Source: a virus (Duplodnaviria > Caudoviricetes). Taken from it: a DNA stretch of 42,989 nucleotides. How positions within the stretch are numbered: the stretch's first letter is position 1; the number at the start of each line of letters is the position of its first letter. Made by a program: the position numbers and the translations under genes. The DNA lies in the IMG/VR virus record IMGVR_UViG_3300005804_000116, positions 1 through 42,989 of that record. The stretch is one strand, 5' to 3'. Under the pieces are notes generated by a model, which had not been told where the DNA came from, made no database searches, and was given only the letters and a program-made list of their open reading frames with translations. Shown in pieces: positions 8,689 to 17,886 of the stretch.

Positions 8689-9518
8689 TGGAAACAAACA
8701 AAAAAACTGAAATCGAAGTTGCAGGTCAAAAGTACCTGTTAAGCGATTGGGAGTCGAAAAACCTCCGCAGACAAAAACAGTACGACAATCGGGAGCTGAC
8801 AGAAGAGCAGAGGCAAGCAACTAAGGCATATTGGGAGAAGGTGTATTCAAACACCCCATCTGTCCGACTTATGACTTATGAGGAAGCCAGAAATTATGTG
8901 CTTGCCCGTGGGCGGCAACGACTGCAAAAACGAGAAAAACACCTGAGATTTACTCCAGAGCTTGCCCGCTTGTATCGTTTATTGGCCTTGTACCATACCG
9001 GTAATCCGGAGTTTGAGACCCTGGCCCCTGGATATTCGTTGCATAAGGGGCTGTATTTGGCGGGGAGTTATGGTACAGGGAAAAGCTTTGCAATGGGGTT
9101 GTTCTGTAATCATTCAGTTAAGCAAACACCTCAACTGAGAAACGCACCGGTGGAGAGCAATTTTGTGTCGAGCCTATTTATTGGCAGGGAGTACCGCAGA
9201 ACCGGGGACGAAATTATCAAGGCGTACACGGACGACTGTGTCTATTACCTTGACAGAGAAAAGAAATACCATACTGTAACTTTCGATGAACTGAGCGATA
9301 AGCCAGAAGGGAAGAATTACGGTAACACGGTAAATGTCCTGCAGGAGATACTTGAGGCCAGGTATTACACATTTGTGAATCATGGCCAGATAACGCATAT
9401 CACTACTAACATCACCTCGCTTGAGGACTTTGTGTCCCTGTATGGCGGCCGTATGGGTAGCCGGTACCGGGAAATGTTCAACGTGGTATATATCGAAGGA
9501 ATTGACTTGAGACAATAA
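8688..9518 (+). CDS. DnaC/IstB-like helicase loader ATPase
   Basis: GSYGTGKS, FDEL, HITTN, YGGRMGSRYREMFN. Confidence 0.85.
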   Translation: METNKKTEIEVAGQKYLLSDWESKNLRRQKQYDNRELTEEQRQATKAYWEKVYSNTPSVRLMTYEEARNYVLARGRQRLQKREKHLRFTPELARLYRLLALYHTGNPEFETLAPGYSLHKGLYLAGSYGTGKSFAMGLFCNHSVKQTPQLRNAPVESNFVSSLFIGREYRRTGDEIIKAYTDDCVYYLDREKKYHTVTFDELSDKPEGKNYGNTVNVLQEILEARYYTFVNHGQITHITTNITSLEDFVSLYGGRMGSRYREMFNVVYIEGIDLRQ

Positions 9519-9528
9519 AATAAGACAC

Positions 9529-9744
9529 ATGGCAACGATTCAAATTTACAGAAAGGATGCGCTATCTCTGAAGGAGACGCTTGACGCCCTCAAAAAAAGA
9601 GAACAGGGTTTTTCCGAGGAATTCACCGATCAACCAGAATGGGTAAAGGAGCATGACGATAACACAGAGGCGATTAGCCGGCTTCTTTCAGTGCTTGATG
9701 ATGCATTGATGTACAGATACATTACCATTCAAATCGTTTACTGA
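9529..9744 (+). CDS. Hypothetical protein
   Basis: In-operon ORF. Confidence 0.65.
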   Translation: MATIQIYRKDALSLKETLDALKKREQGFSEEFTDQPEWVKEHDDNTEAISRLLSVLDDALMYRYITIQIVY

Positions 9745-9938
9745 TGTATAGGGTTAGACAGTTGACAGTTCTTGACAAAAAGACCCAGAAACCCCTGGCC
9801 AAACCGAAAAGAAACCGGGAGGTTCAGGATATTGAAGTGTACCGACAACTGGAACAAAAGAGGTATGAACGACTACTTGATGTAGAGGTAGAAATCCATA
9901 TCCTATACACAGAATGTCCGGAAAGGAGTGAACAATGA
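9744..9938 (+). CDS. Hypothetical protein
   Basis: Coupled on both sides. Confidence 0.65.
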   Translation: MYRVRQLTVLDKKTQKPLAKPKRNREVQDIEVYRQLEQKRYERLLDVEVEIHILYTECPERSEQ

Positions 9939-10411
9939 ACATCTTCCCGACGTCAGGAAATAGATACCGGTACATTGTGGGTATCGATCCCGGGACACAT
10001 ACCGGTTTTGCCGTGTACGATGTAGAAAAGGGTGTATTGATAGAGGTGGAAACCCTGGCCATCGACGAGGCAATTGAGCGTGTTTGTGGTTATAGGTTGT
10101 GTGGAACCGTTTTGTTAAGAGTTGAAAACCCCAATACTTGGAAACCTTTTGGCCGGCATAACCAAACCGAAAAAATACAGGGCGCTGGATCCGTGAAGCG
10201 GGATTTTGCAATCTGGAAATCATTTGCCGGGAGAAAGGGAATCGACTTTGAGGCAGTCCCTGTGCAAGGGACGATTAAGAAACCCAACCCGCTTTTTTTT
10301 CAAAGCCTGACAAAATGGAAGGGCAGAACCTCAAATCATTCCCGGGATGCGGCAATGCTGTGTTTCGGATTTGAACCGAGAAAAATATTGAAAAATATTT
10401 GTGAAAAATAA
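9935..10411 (+). CDS. RuvC-like Holliday junction resolvase
   Basis: IVGIDPGTHTGFAVYD, RVE and HSRDAAML RNase H-fold motifs. Confidence 0.75.
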   Translation: MNIFPTSGNRYRYIVGIDPGTHTGFAVYDVEKGVLIEVETLAIDEAIERVCGYRLCGTVLLRVENPNTWKPFGRHNQTEKIQGAGSVKRDFAIWKSFAGRKGIDFEAVPVQGTIKKPNPLFFQSLTKWKGRTSNHSRDAAMLCFGFEPRKILKNICEK

Positions 10412-10437
10412 TGTAAATATTTGGTTATTAATGCTTT

Positions 10438-10453
10438 ATGTTGTATATTTATA
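10438..10453 (+). promoter_or_regulatory. Promoter-like copy of the phage 16-mer upstream of radC
   Basis: ATGTTGTATATTTATA, 14/16 match to the motif at 1440 and 35860. Confidence 0.5.
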
Positions 10454-10477
10454 TGCGTAACATATAAACCAAACAAC

Positions 10478-10936
10478 ATGATACAGTATAAATCAGAGTT
10501 CCCACAGATTGAAATCAAGTACAAAAAGTCCGGAATGAAGAAGGTTAAAATCCAATGTTCGAAAGATGCCGCGGATCTGTTTCGCGAGTTGTTCAATGAA
10601 GATACCATTGACTATTGCGAAGAGTTTATGGTTATCTATTTGAACAGGGTAAACAACACTATAGCCTGGTTTAAAGTGAGCCAAGGCGGGATGTCTGGAA
10701 CGGTTGCAGACCCCAAAATGATTCTTGTTTCGGCCCTCAACGTGGGTGCTTCATCAATGTTATTGGCACACAATCACCCATCAGGAAACCTGAGGCCGTC
10801 CGAGGCCGACAAAAATCTGACAGAAAAGATTTCCAAGGCAGCATTGTTATTAGACATTAATGTGCTTGACCACGTAATCCTGTCAAGTGAAGGGTATTAC
10901 AGTTTTGCAGATGAAGGAATGCTAAATGACAAGTGA
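10478..10936 (+). CDS. radC: RadC-like JAB-domain protein
   Basis: EEFMVIYLN, AHNHPSGNLRPSEAD, LDHVIL. Confidence 0.92.
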   Translation: MIQYKSEFPQIEIKYKKSGMKKVKIQCSKDAADLFRELFNEDTIDYCEEFMVIYLNRVNNTIAWFKVSQGGMSGTVADPKMILVSALNVGASSMLLAHNHPSGNLRPSEADKNLTEKISKAALLLDINVLDHVILSSEGYYSFADEGMLNDK

Positions 10937-11328
10937 TGGAAGAACAGACAAAACAGATGGTAATTGAATGCGTGTGCCGTGAATACGGCATTTCGTCCGA
11001 CATGCTATTCCTGCAAACAAGGAAAAGGGAAGTTTCGGAACCCCGTCATGTTTCCGCATCCTTATTAACTGTAATCTTTGGGAAAACCCAGAATCAGGAA
11101 CAAATTTGTGAAACCCTATCAATTCATAATCGGTCCATGGTGAGTTATTCGAGAAAAAAAATCTCAGATTTGTTACAATTCAACAGAGGGTTTCAGTATA
11201 AGGTCTATAAAATCATTGATTCACTCGAAGCAAGCGAGGAAGACAAAACCCTCTGGAGGGAAAAACTATTTGACTACAAGGAGCGGCCAAAAAAAAAGAA
11301 ACTAAGGCCATATAAAATAATACGCTGA
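10936..11328 (+). CDS. DnaA C-terminal-like HTH protein
   Basis: VCREYGISSDML...TRKREVSEPRHV...HNRSMVSYSRKKI resembles DnaA domain IV. Confidence 0.7.
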   Translation: MEEQTKQMVIECVCREYGISSDMLFLQTRKREVSEPRHVSASLLTVIFGKTQNQEQICETLSIHNRSMVSYSRKKISDLLQFNRGFQYKVYKIIDSLEASEEDKTLWREKLFDYKERPKKKKLRPYKIIR

Positions 11329-11382
11329 TAGTGAGTATATTACAATTTATTTTTGTATCTTTATTGATTAAATTCAACAACC

Positions 11383-11799
11383 ATGAAAATATTTACAGGC
11401 AATTTTGCCAACGTAAAAAAGTACCAGGCCAAAGGCTATGTTTGTATTTCGATAGCCAGGTTTAATAAGTATTGGAATGGACCTCAAATGATTGAACTGA
11501 GCCCCTTTCCTGATATGCTTTATTTATCTGAAAAAGAGTATGTGCCGAAGTTTATGAGAATTTTGGCAACCCTCTCAGCGATTGAGATAGTTCAAACAAT
11601 ACGCAAATTTGCTAATGGTAACGATGCTGTTCTTTTGTGTTATGAGAAGGAAGGTGATTTTTGTCACCGTCGCCTGGTAGCTGAATGGCTTAAAAAGGAA
11701 GTAGGCGAGGAAGTTCGCGAATTGGGAGATATGAAACCGAAATCTAACCAACAATCTTTATTCTTATGTTTATTGGTACGACCCCTCAGGAAGCGATAA
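11383..11799 (+). CDS. DUF488-family protein
   Basis: IFTGNFAN, ISIAR, VLLCYEKEGDFCHRRLVAEWL. Confidence 0.8.
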   Translation: MKIFTGNFANVKKYQAKGYVCISIARFNKYWNGPQMIELSPFPDMLYLSEKEYVPKFMRILATLSAIEIVQTIRKFANGNDAVLLCYEKEGDFCHRRLVAEWLKKEVGEEVRELGDMKPKSNQQSLFLCLLVRPLRKR

Positions 11800-13088
11800 A
11801 CGTTATCCTGAAACTTCTCCCGCAATCCCGGGAGAATATTTATGTAGGGTGCTCCGGAAACTTTACCGTGGACCGGGCGCTTTTCAATGCCGGACACAGA
11901 GTGCACAGTAATGATGTGGCGTTATACTCGAAGCTGATAGCTGATATTGTGCTGGGAAAAGAGCAAGTTGTTCAGGCCAAGGACAATGAATTTTCGGAAA
12001 TTTTTAATACATGGCCGGAATCCAAGTATAAACACTTCATTTCAGTTTTGTTTGTGGTAAAGGTGTCGAAATTCCATGCAAGGAAAAATGACTACCAAAA
12101 GGAAATGTGGAACATCTACAGGGAAAAGGCCAATGAGTATTTGGAGAAAACCATTGAGAAGTTCGAAAGAAATCAAACCTTTGCGTTTCAGATTGAAGAT
12201 TTTTTCTTTGGTGACTTTATAGAATTCCTGCAGGAGAAAAAGGGGAAAGGTATTGGTATCGCCTTCCCTCCGACGTATGTTGCAGGGTATGAGAAAATCT
12301 ATAAATTAGTAGAGCAAACGTTTGAGTACAAACGAGCGACGTATCAAATTTATGACCCGGATATAGCGGATGCAGTTTGGGGGGAGCTGCTATCAGAGGA
12401 CCAGAATATTTTTTATTCTGACGTCCTGTATCCATCACTTGAGGAATATTGTGTGGCGAAAATCAAAATGAAAGAAGGCCGACATGATATCTACCTGTAT
12501 TCATCGGTTGAAATGTCTTCAAAGTACTACCTGGCCCCGGTTAAAAAGCTGGAAGTTACTCCCAGGAAATTGATAGGGGATGAGTTTGAATTTACCGAAA
12601 AGACGGTGATAGATTTTGTTCCGGTGTCACCAAACGAAATCAATTACTACAAATCCTTTTTTATGAGCCTGAGGGTTAACTATTCAACCGGTGGAGACTT
12701 GGGTTTGCTGTTTCGGGCAAACGGTTTAGTGTTTGGGTTTTGTGCCTTTTCAGAAAGGTTGTCCCCGTTGTCTACTGGCCAGATGTTTATTCATTCGGAT
12801 TTTGTGGTTCAGACTAAACACAGGCAGTTGTCAAAGCTTGTGTTGTATCTGCTTTTGTCTGATGAAATCCAATACATACTCGGGGCGACCTTCAAAAACT
12901 ACTATGAGGGGCTCAAAACTACCGTTTATACCGATAAGGCCGTTTCAATGAAATACAGGGGTGTGTTTTTCCTCCAGAGAAGGGACAAGGGGAAGTTAAT
13001 CTACGAGGCGAAATTTAATAAACAATCACTATCACAAAACTTTGAGACATGGATGAAAAAGCACTATCTGAAATCAGGGAAAAACTGA
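11766..13088 (+). CDS. Putative DNA-modification enzyme: adenine-methylase-like domain fused to a Mom/GNAT-like domain
   Basis: Motif I-like IYVGCSGNF...VHSNDVALYS; motif IV position AFPPTY; C-terminal LVFGFCAF...QLSKLVLYL...TTVYTDKAVSMKYRG. Confidence 0.6.
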   Translation: MFIGTTPQEAINVILKLLPQSRENIYVGCSGNFTVDRALFNAGHRVHSNDVALYSKLIADIVLGKEQVVQAKDNEFSEIFNTWPESKYKHFISVLFVVKVSKFHARKNDYQKEMWNIYREKANEYLEKTIEKFERNQTFAFQIEDFFFGDFIEFLQEKKGKGIGIAFPPTYVAGYEKIYKLVEQTFEYKRATYQIYDPDIADAVWGELLSEDQNIFYSDVLYPSLEEYCVAKIKMKEGRHDIYLYSSVEMSSKYYLAPVKKLEVTPRKLIGDEFEFTEKTVIDFVPVSPNEINYYKSFFMSLRVNYSTGGDLGLLFRANGLVFGFCAFSERLSPLSTGQMFIHSDFVVQTKHRQLSKLVLYLLLSDEIQYILGATFKNYYEGLKTTVYTDKAVSMKYRGVFFLQRRDKGKLIYEAKFNKQSLSQNFETWMKKHYLKSGKN

Positions 13089-13798
13089 AAGAGGTCAATG
13101 CCCTGATCAAACCGTATCAACTGGACTACGTGGACCCGGCCACGGATTGCATTCTATTAGCGAAGAATGCCCACTACATGGAGAAAGAGAAGTTTGAGAA
13201 CCTGGTTAAAAACGTTGCAGAGGACCAATTCCTGAGTCAGATTCCATTTGGAGTTAAAAAACCGGATGGAAAGTATTTGGTTGTTTCCGGAAACCATAGG
13301 GTGAAATCTGCAATTAAAGCTAACCTTCCTTATATTCTTATTCTCTTTATTGAAAATATTTCAAGGGAGAAGGAAATTGCCTATCAGTTGAGCCACAATG
13401 CGCTGGTTGGGAAGGATGACCTTGCAATTTTGAAGGAGATTTTTGACGAACTGGAAACCATTCAGGGCAAGGAATTCTCCGGATTGAATGAGGTTGTTTT
13501 CCCGGAGTTTAGTATAAAGTCATTTCCGAGTATCAATGAAAAAGACATCGAGCTACAGGAAATGAGGTTCTTCTTTACAAACGCCAGAGCTGAACAAGTC
13601 GACCAGGTTTTATCTAAACTACAGGAATTGAAAGTGGATGAAAAGAGTGCGAGATTGGTCAATATTCCCTTCATGGAATTCCTAAAAGTATTGACTGAGT
13701 TCAAGCGCAAAGTGAATATTTCATCCAATACGGTAGCGTTTATCAAATTAATTGAAATCGTAAAAGAGTACACCGATGGCCAGAAAGACGAAGTATGA
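13049..13798 (+). CDS. ParB/Srx N-terminal-domain protein
   Basis: KNAHYM, YLVVSGNHRVKSA, QLSHNALVG. Confidence 0.85.
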   Translation: MDEKALSEIREKLKEVNALIKPYQLDYVDPATDCILLAKNAHYMEKEKFENLVKNVAEDQFLSQIPFGVKKPDGKYLVVSGNHRVKSAIKANLPYILILFIENISREKEIAYQLSHNALVGKDDLAILKEIFDELETIQGKEFSGLNEVVFPEFSIKSFPSINEKDIELQEMRFFFTNARAEQVDQVLSKLQELKVDEKSARLVNIPFMEFLKVLTEFKRKVNISSNTVAFIKLIEIVKEYTDGQKDEV

Positions 13799-14285
13799 CC
13801 CGAGGACGTTTCCTCAGTTAGCCGAAGGCTATGCAAGGGATGGTTTGAATGATGAGCAGATTGCTGCAAAACTTGGTTTAGGCATGTCAACATATTACTC
13901 CATGCAGAACCGTTTCCCGGAGTTTCGGGAGGCTATTAAAAAGGGAAAGGAGCCGGTAGATGTTCAGGTGGAGAATGCTCTGTTAAAGCGGGCTTTGGGA
14001 TATGAGTACGAGGAAACACATACAGAGGTAACAGTTAAGCAAACTTCAGCCGGTAATGATGCTGTGCCGACTTCAATGAAAAAAGTTAAGAAGCATATCC
14101 CCCCGGACGTTGCTGCTATGGCTCTTTGGTTGACAAACCGGAGGCCGGACAAATGGAAGCATACCCGTGTCTTGGATGCAAAGATTGTGGTTGACGAAGA
14201 AAAGAAGCGTGTGGCATCTTTATTCCCAACAGAGGATGAAATAGCTGAAACGCTTAACGAAGAGAAAGGAAGCAATCATGAATAA
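13776..14285 (+). CDS. Terminase small subunit
   Basis: HTH GLNDEQIAAKLG, VENALLKRALGYEYEE, PPDVAAMALWLTNRRPDKW. Confidence 0.85.
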   Translation: MARKTKYDPRTFPQLAEGYARDGLNDEQIAAKLGLGMSTYYSMQNRFPEFREAIKKGKEPVDVQVENALLKRALGYEYEETHTEVTVKQTSAGNDAVPTSMKKVKKHIPPDVAAMALWLTNRRPDKWKHTRVLDAKIVVDEEKKRVASLFPTEDEIAETLNEEKGSNHE

Positions 14286-14481
14286 AGCGATAGAGTTACG
14301 TCCGCAGATGGACCGGTCTGGCCGGTGGAAGATTGAAAAAAGAGTGTGCGGGAAATGGTGTCGCTTCGGCGGCCGTTGGTACTGGACAAGGCGGGATGCA
14401 GAAAAAATGATTGTTCGGTTATGCAATCAATACCCGGAGCAATATAGCGAGGTCGAGAGTGTCAACCCGCTTAATCAATAA
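14278..14481 (+). CDS. Hypothetical protein between the terminase subunits
   Basis: 67 aa Trp/Arg-rich ORF overlapping both neighbours. Confidence 0.6.
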   Translation: MNKAIELRPQMDRSGRWKIEKRVCGKWCRFGGRWYWTRRDAEKMIVRLCNQYPEQYSEVESVNPLNQ

Positions 14482-15616
14482 GAATTTCGCGGCCCTGTAC
14501 AACGCCTACCATTCCGGTGCAAAAGGCGTTGTCCTGGAAGGGTCAAGCCGGTCTGGGAAAACCTGGGCCGGCATCGATTTTGAGTTGTATTTGACATCAC
14601 ATGCAGCCCAAAAGCTTGTTATTAACAACGTCAGAGAAACATACAATTCTTTCAAAACAACGCTTTATGACGATTTTGACAGAAGGTTGAATCAGGTCGG
14701 GTTATACAGTCCCTTCATAAATCGTGATGTGACTTCCTTCAATCTACTTGGCTCAAAGGTTAATTTCATCGGAGCTGACAGAGTGAGTAAAACTCACGGT
14801 ATGGGCTCTGATTTTTTCTTTATCAATGAGGGTTTGTATGGAATCGAAAAGGCATTCTTTGACCAGTTAGAACAGAGGTGTAACAGAATGTGGTGGATTG
14901 ACTACAATCCCTCGACTTCAGATCACTGGGTTTTTGACCTTGAGAAAAGGGATGATGTGGTGTTTGTGAAAACCACGTTTCTGGATAATCCCTTCGTCCC
15001 GCCAGCCCAGAAAAAGAAAATCCTGTCCTACGATCCGTCGAACCCGGTAAACATTGAGCAAGGCACGGCAGATGATTACATGTGGAAGGTGTACGGACTT
15101 GGCCTCAGAGCTTCACCGGAGGGATTGGTTTTTCCAAATGTGAAGTTTATTGACAAGCTACCGGAGGAGTATGACAGTGAATATTTTGGGATTGACTTTG
15201 GCTATACCAATGACCCGACAGCTATTGTCAGGGCTCGAAGGAAGGGGAACAATCTGTACTCAAAGCTGCATGTTTATACGCCAATCGATAACGCAAACCT
15301 ATTGGGAGAGGTTATTCAGAAAATAGAGGCAAAAGGTCAGTATGCTGCAGATAGTTCAGACGGTGTAATGATTGCCTCTTTGCGCAGGATGGGACTTAAT
15401 GTGTTTGCTGCTCCATGCCCGGGTGGGTCAATCAAAATGGGTATAGATATTTTGAAACGGTTTAACCTGTATATTGTCAAAGACAGGGATGCGGAGAGAG
15501 AGGCAAATAATTACAAGTGGAGAACCATTAACGGGATAAGTCTGAATGAACCTATTGATAAGTTCAATCACTTTTGGGATGCGCTTAGATACATAGGGTT
15601 GTCTTTCCTTGTTTAA
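14459..15616 (+). CDS. Terminase large subunit (PBSX type); start uncertain (GTG 14459 or TTG 14411)
   Basis: GSSRSGKT, FFINE, DYNP, GIDFGYTNDPTA, NHFWDALRY. Confidence 0.93.
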   Translation: MSTRLINKNFAALYNAYHSGAKGVVLEGSSRSGKTWAGIDFELYLTSHAAQKLVINNVRETYNSFKTTLYDDFDRRLNQVGLYSPFINRDVTSFNLLGSKVNFIGADRVSKTHGMGSDFFFINEGLYGIEKAFFDQLEQRCNRMWWIDYNPSTSDHWVFDLEKRDDVVFVKTTFLDNPFVPPAQKKKILSYDPSNPVNIEQGTADDYMWKVYGLGLRASPEGLVFPNVKFIDKLPEEYDSEYFGIDFGYTNDPTAIVRARRKGNNLYSKLHVYTPIDNANLLGEVIQKIEAKGQYAADSSDGVMIASLRRMGLNVFAAPCPGGSIKMGIDILKRFNLYIVKDRDAEREANNYKWRTINGISLNEPIDKFNHFWDALRYIGLSFLV

Positions 15617-15653
15617 CAACGGATTACAATGTTTTGTTGAAAACTTGTAATTA

Positions 15654-15680
15654 ATTACACTTTTTGTTGTAATAAATTTG
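15654..15680 (+). promoter_or_regulatory. Head-operon promoter (TAAATTTG) with ATTACA-N8-TGTAAT palindrome
   Basis: Perfect TAnnTTTG at 15673-15680 upstream of the portal gene. Confidence 0.6.
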
Positions 15681-15707
15681 ACGTCAGTTTATTAAACCGG
15701 CGCCAAA

Positions 15708-17009
15708 ATGAATCGACTAAAGAGCTTCTGGAATTATCTGAATCGGGCATTCTCGGTCAGCAATTATGACAGGGATTGGTTTTATGAGATTGGTGGAACC
15801 AGCAGCATCTATAGTACTCAGACGGTAGAGAGTCAAAAGACAGCATACAACAAATGTCCTGCAGTAGCAGCAATCATTAACCGGAAGGCCAAGGCTTTTA
15901 CAAATGCAAAATGGTGGGTACTGGACCAGAACGGGAAAGAGGTGAATTCTCGGGAGGCTAAGGTGGTTAAGGCTCTGATGGAAAAGCCGAATGTCCTCCA
16001 GTCGTGGAATCAATTTTTAGCTCAGGCAAAAGTATATGAACAGTTGTTCGGCCGGTGTTACATTTTTGCGCTTCGTATCCCGGGCTTCCGGGATATTGTT
16101 TCTTTGTGGGTTCTGCCTAATTGGATTGTCAATACAAAGTTGACTGGTAAATTCATGATGCAGACCAAACTTGAGGAGATTGTAGAAAAGTATGAGGTAA
16201 TTGTAAACGGCTATACTACCCCCATTAAGGTTGAAGATATGCTGGTTCTGAATGATACCTCGCAAGGTTTGGAGTACCCGTTCCCACATTCGCAGTCCCG
16301 TCTTGTTTCCCTGCAGGACCCGGTGTCGAATATCATTGCAGCCTATGAGGCCCGAAATGTGCTGATCACCCGAAGGGGAGGTATTGGAATTCTGAGTAAT
16401 GAGAGTCATGACAGCGTAGGCCAGATTCCTCTTAAGCCCGGTGAAAAAGAAGAGTTGCAGGAGGAATTCAAAAAGTACGGTTTTTCCCGGAGGCAATGGC
16501 AGGTCATTATCACGAATGCGAACCTCAAATGGCAGTCGATGACCTACCCTACCAGGGAACTGATGCTGTTTGAAGAGATTGAAGATTCGGTCCGGCAGAT
16601 TGCTGACAATTACGACTATCCCATGTATTTGCTTGGGTTCAAAAACGGCAGTACTTTCTCTAATGTCGGAGAGGCAAAGAAGAGCTTGTATCAGGACGCA
16701 ATCATTCCGGAAGCTGATGCCTGGGCTACTGCATTAACCTCGTTTTTCGGTTTGCCCGAAGGTATTGCACTCAAGGTTTTTTATGACCACCTCGACGCCC
16801 TTCAGAAATCAAAGAAGGATGAAGCGGAGGCTACTCGCATACTCACCCACGCCCTTGATGTGGCGTACAAAAGCAAGGTTATCACCCGGGAAGAATACCG
16901 GTTGAAACTCGATTACGATCCGACGAAATTCACAGGAAACACTTTTTTCGATGGCAACACAACAAAACCCGGAACCCAGGGGGAAAACTCCGACTCCGGA
17001 ACAAATTAA
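15708..17009 (+). CDS. Portal protein
   Basis: LMEKPNVLQSWNQF, GRCYI, STFSNVGEAKKSLYQDAIIP; follows the terminase. Confidence 0.92.
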   Translation: MNRLKSFWNYLNRAFSVSNYDRDWFYEIGGTSSIYSTQTVESQKTAYNKCPAVAAIINRKAKAFTNAKWWVLDQNGKEVNSREAKVVKALMEKPNVLQSWNQFLAQAKVYEQLFGRCYIFALRIPGFRDIVSLWVLPNWIVNTKLTGKFMMQTKLEEIVEKYEVIVNGYTTPIKVEDMLVLNDTSQGLEYPFPHSQSRLVSLQDPVSNIIAAYEARNVLITRRGGIGILSNESHDSVGQIPLKPGEKEELQEEFKKYGFSRRQWQVIITNANLKWQSMTYPTRELMLFEEIEDSVRQIADNYDYPMYLLGFKNGSTFSNVGEAKKSLYQDAIIPEADAWATALTSFFGLPEGIALKVFYDHLDALQKSKKDEAEATRILTHALDVAYKSKVITREEYRLKLDYDPTKFTGNTFFDGNTTKPGTQGENSDSGTN

Positions 17010-17061
17010 GGAACTCAGGGAAAAGACCTCTGCAAAACAGAACAAAATCGTAAGAAAATGA
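16951..17061 (+). CDS. Small basic 36-aa protein not in the ORF track
   Basis: MATQQNPEPRGKTPTPEQIKELREKTSAKQNKIVRK*; stop overlaps the protease ATG (ATGA). Confidence 0.5.
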   Translation: MATQQNPEPRGKTPTPEQIKELREKTSAKQNKIVRK

Positions 17062-17873
17062 AACTTCCGAAATTTTCTAATCACAAGGAACTGTTTGAAT
17101 TCATGAGGGAAAACAAGGCAGCCCTGTATGCAGAAAAGGTATATCAGCCAAAGTTTGGAGACCCACTCGGGGTTTCGTTGCTTTCGGTAGATGACAAAGG
17201 GGCAGTCACTAAGGCCCTCGCAAACCCTCAGCTGTTGGAACTTGATTCCTTCAATGTGTCGGTTGCTATCAATACGACAAACATCAGGGACAGCCACAAA
17301 GACGTTCATTTCCCGGGATTATGGAAAAAGAGCCTGAAAGAATCGAAATCACTGTATTTGTTGCAGGAGCATATGCTGAGCTTTAAGGGTATCATTGCTG
17401 ACAAGGTTAGTGCTATGGCCGCGAAAATGACATGGGCAGACCTTGGGTATAAGTATCCCGGGGAAACGGAAGTCCTGATTTTTAATGCTGAAATCGAAAA
17501 GGCCCGGAATGAGTACATGGCTGAGCAATATGCCAAAGGTCGGGTTAAGAATCATTCGGTAGGCATGAGGTACGTGAAGTTGTTCCTTGCCCTGAACTCA
17601 GAGTCGAAGTTTGACAAAGAGGAAAAGGCGGTTTGGGACAAGTACATTGACCAGGTTGTGAACCGTGATGAATGCGAAGAGGACGGCTATTTCTGGGCTG
17701 TCACGGAGGCAAAGGTTATCGAAGGTAGCGCAGTTCCCCTTGGGAGCAATTTCGCTACACCTACAATATCTGTTGAGCCGCCCTCGGGCACTCAGCAACC
17801 AAAATCGGAGCCGCCTGCAGGCACTCCGTCGCTGATTGAGAGATTTAGCGTAATTACCACATTGTCAAACTAA
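17058..17873 (+). CDS. Prohead maturation protease
   Basis: DSHKDVH, LLQEH, NHSVGMRY, EGSAVPLGSN; between portal and capsid. Confidence 0.85.
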   Translation: MKLPKFSNHKELFEFMRENKAALYAEKVYQPKFGDPLGVSLLSVDDKGAVTKALANPQLLELDSFNVSVAINTTNIRDSHKDVHFPGLWKKSLKESKSLYLLQEHMLSFKGIIADKVSAMAAKMTWADLGYKYPGETEVLIFNAEIEKARNEYMAEQYAKGRVKNHSVGMRYVKLFLALNSESKFDKEEKAVWDKYIDQVVNRDECEEDGYFWAVTEAKVIEGSAVPLGSNFATPTISVEPPSGTQQPKSEPPAGTPSLIERFSVITTLSN

Positions 17874-17886
17874 ATTATCATTTTTT

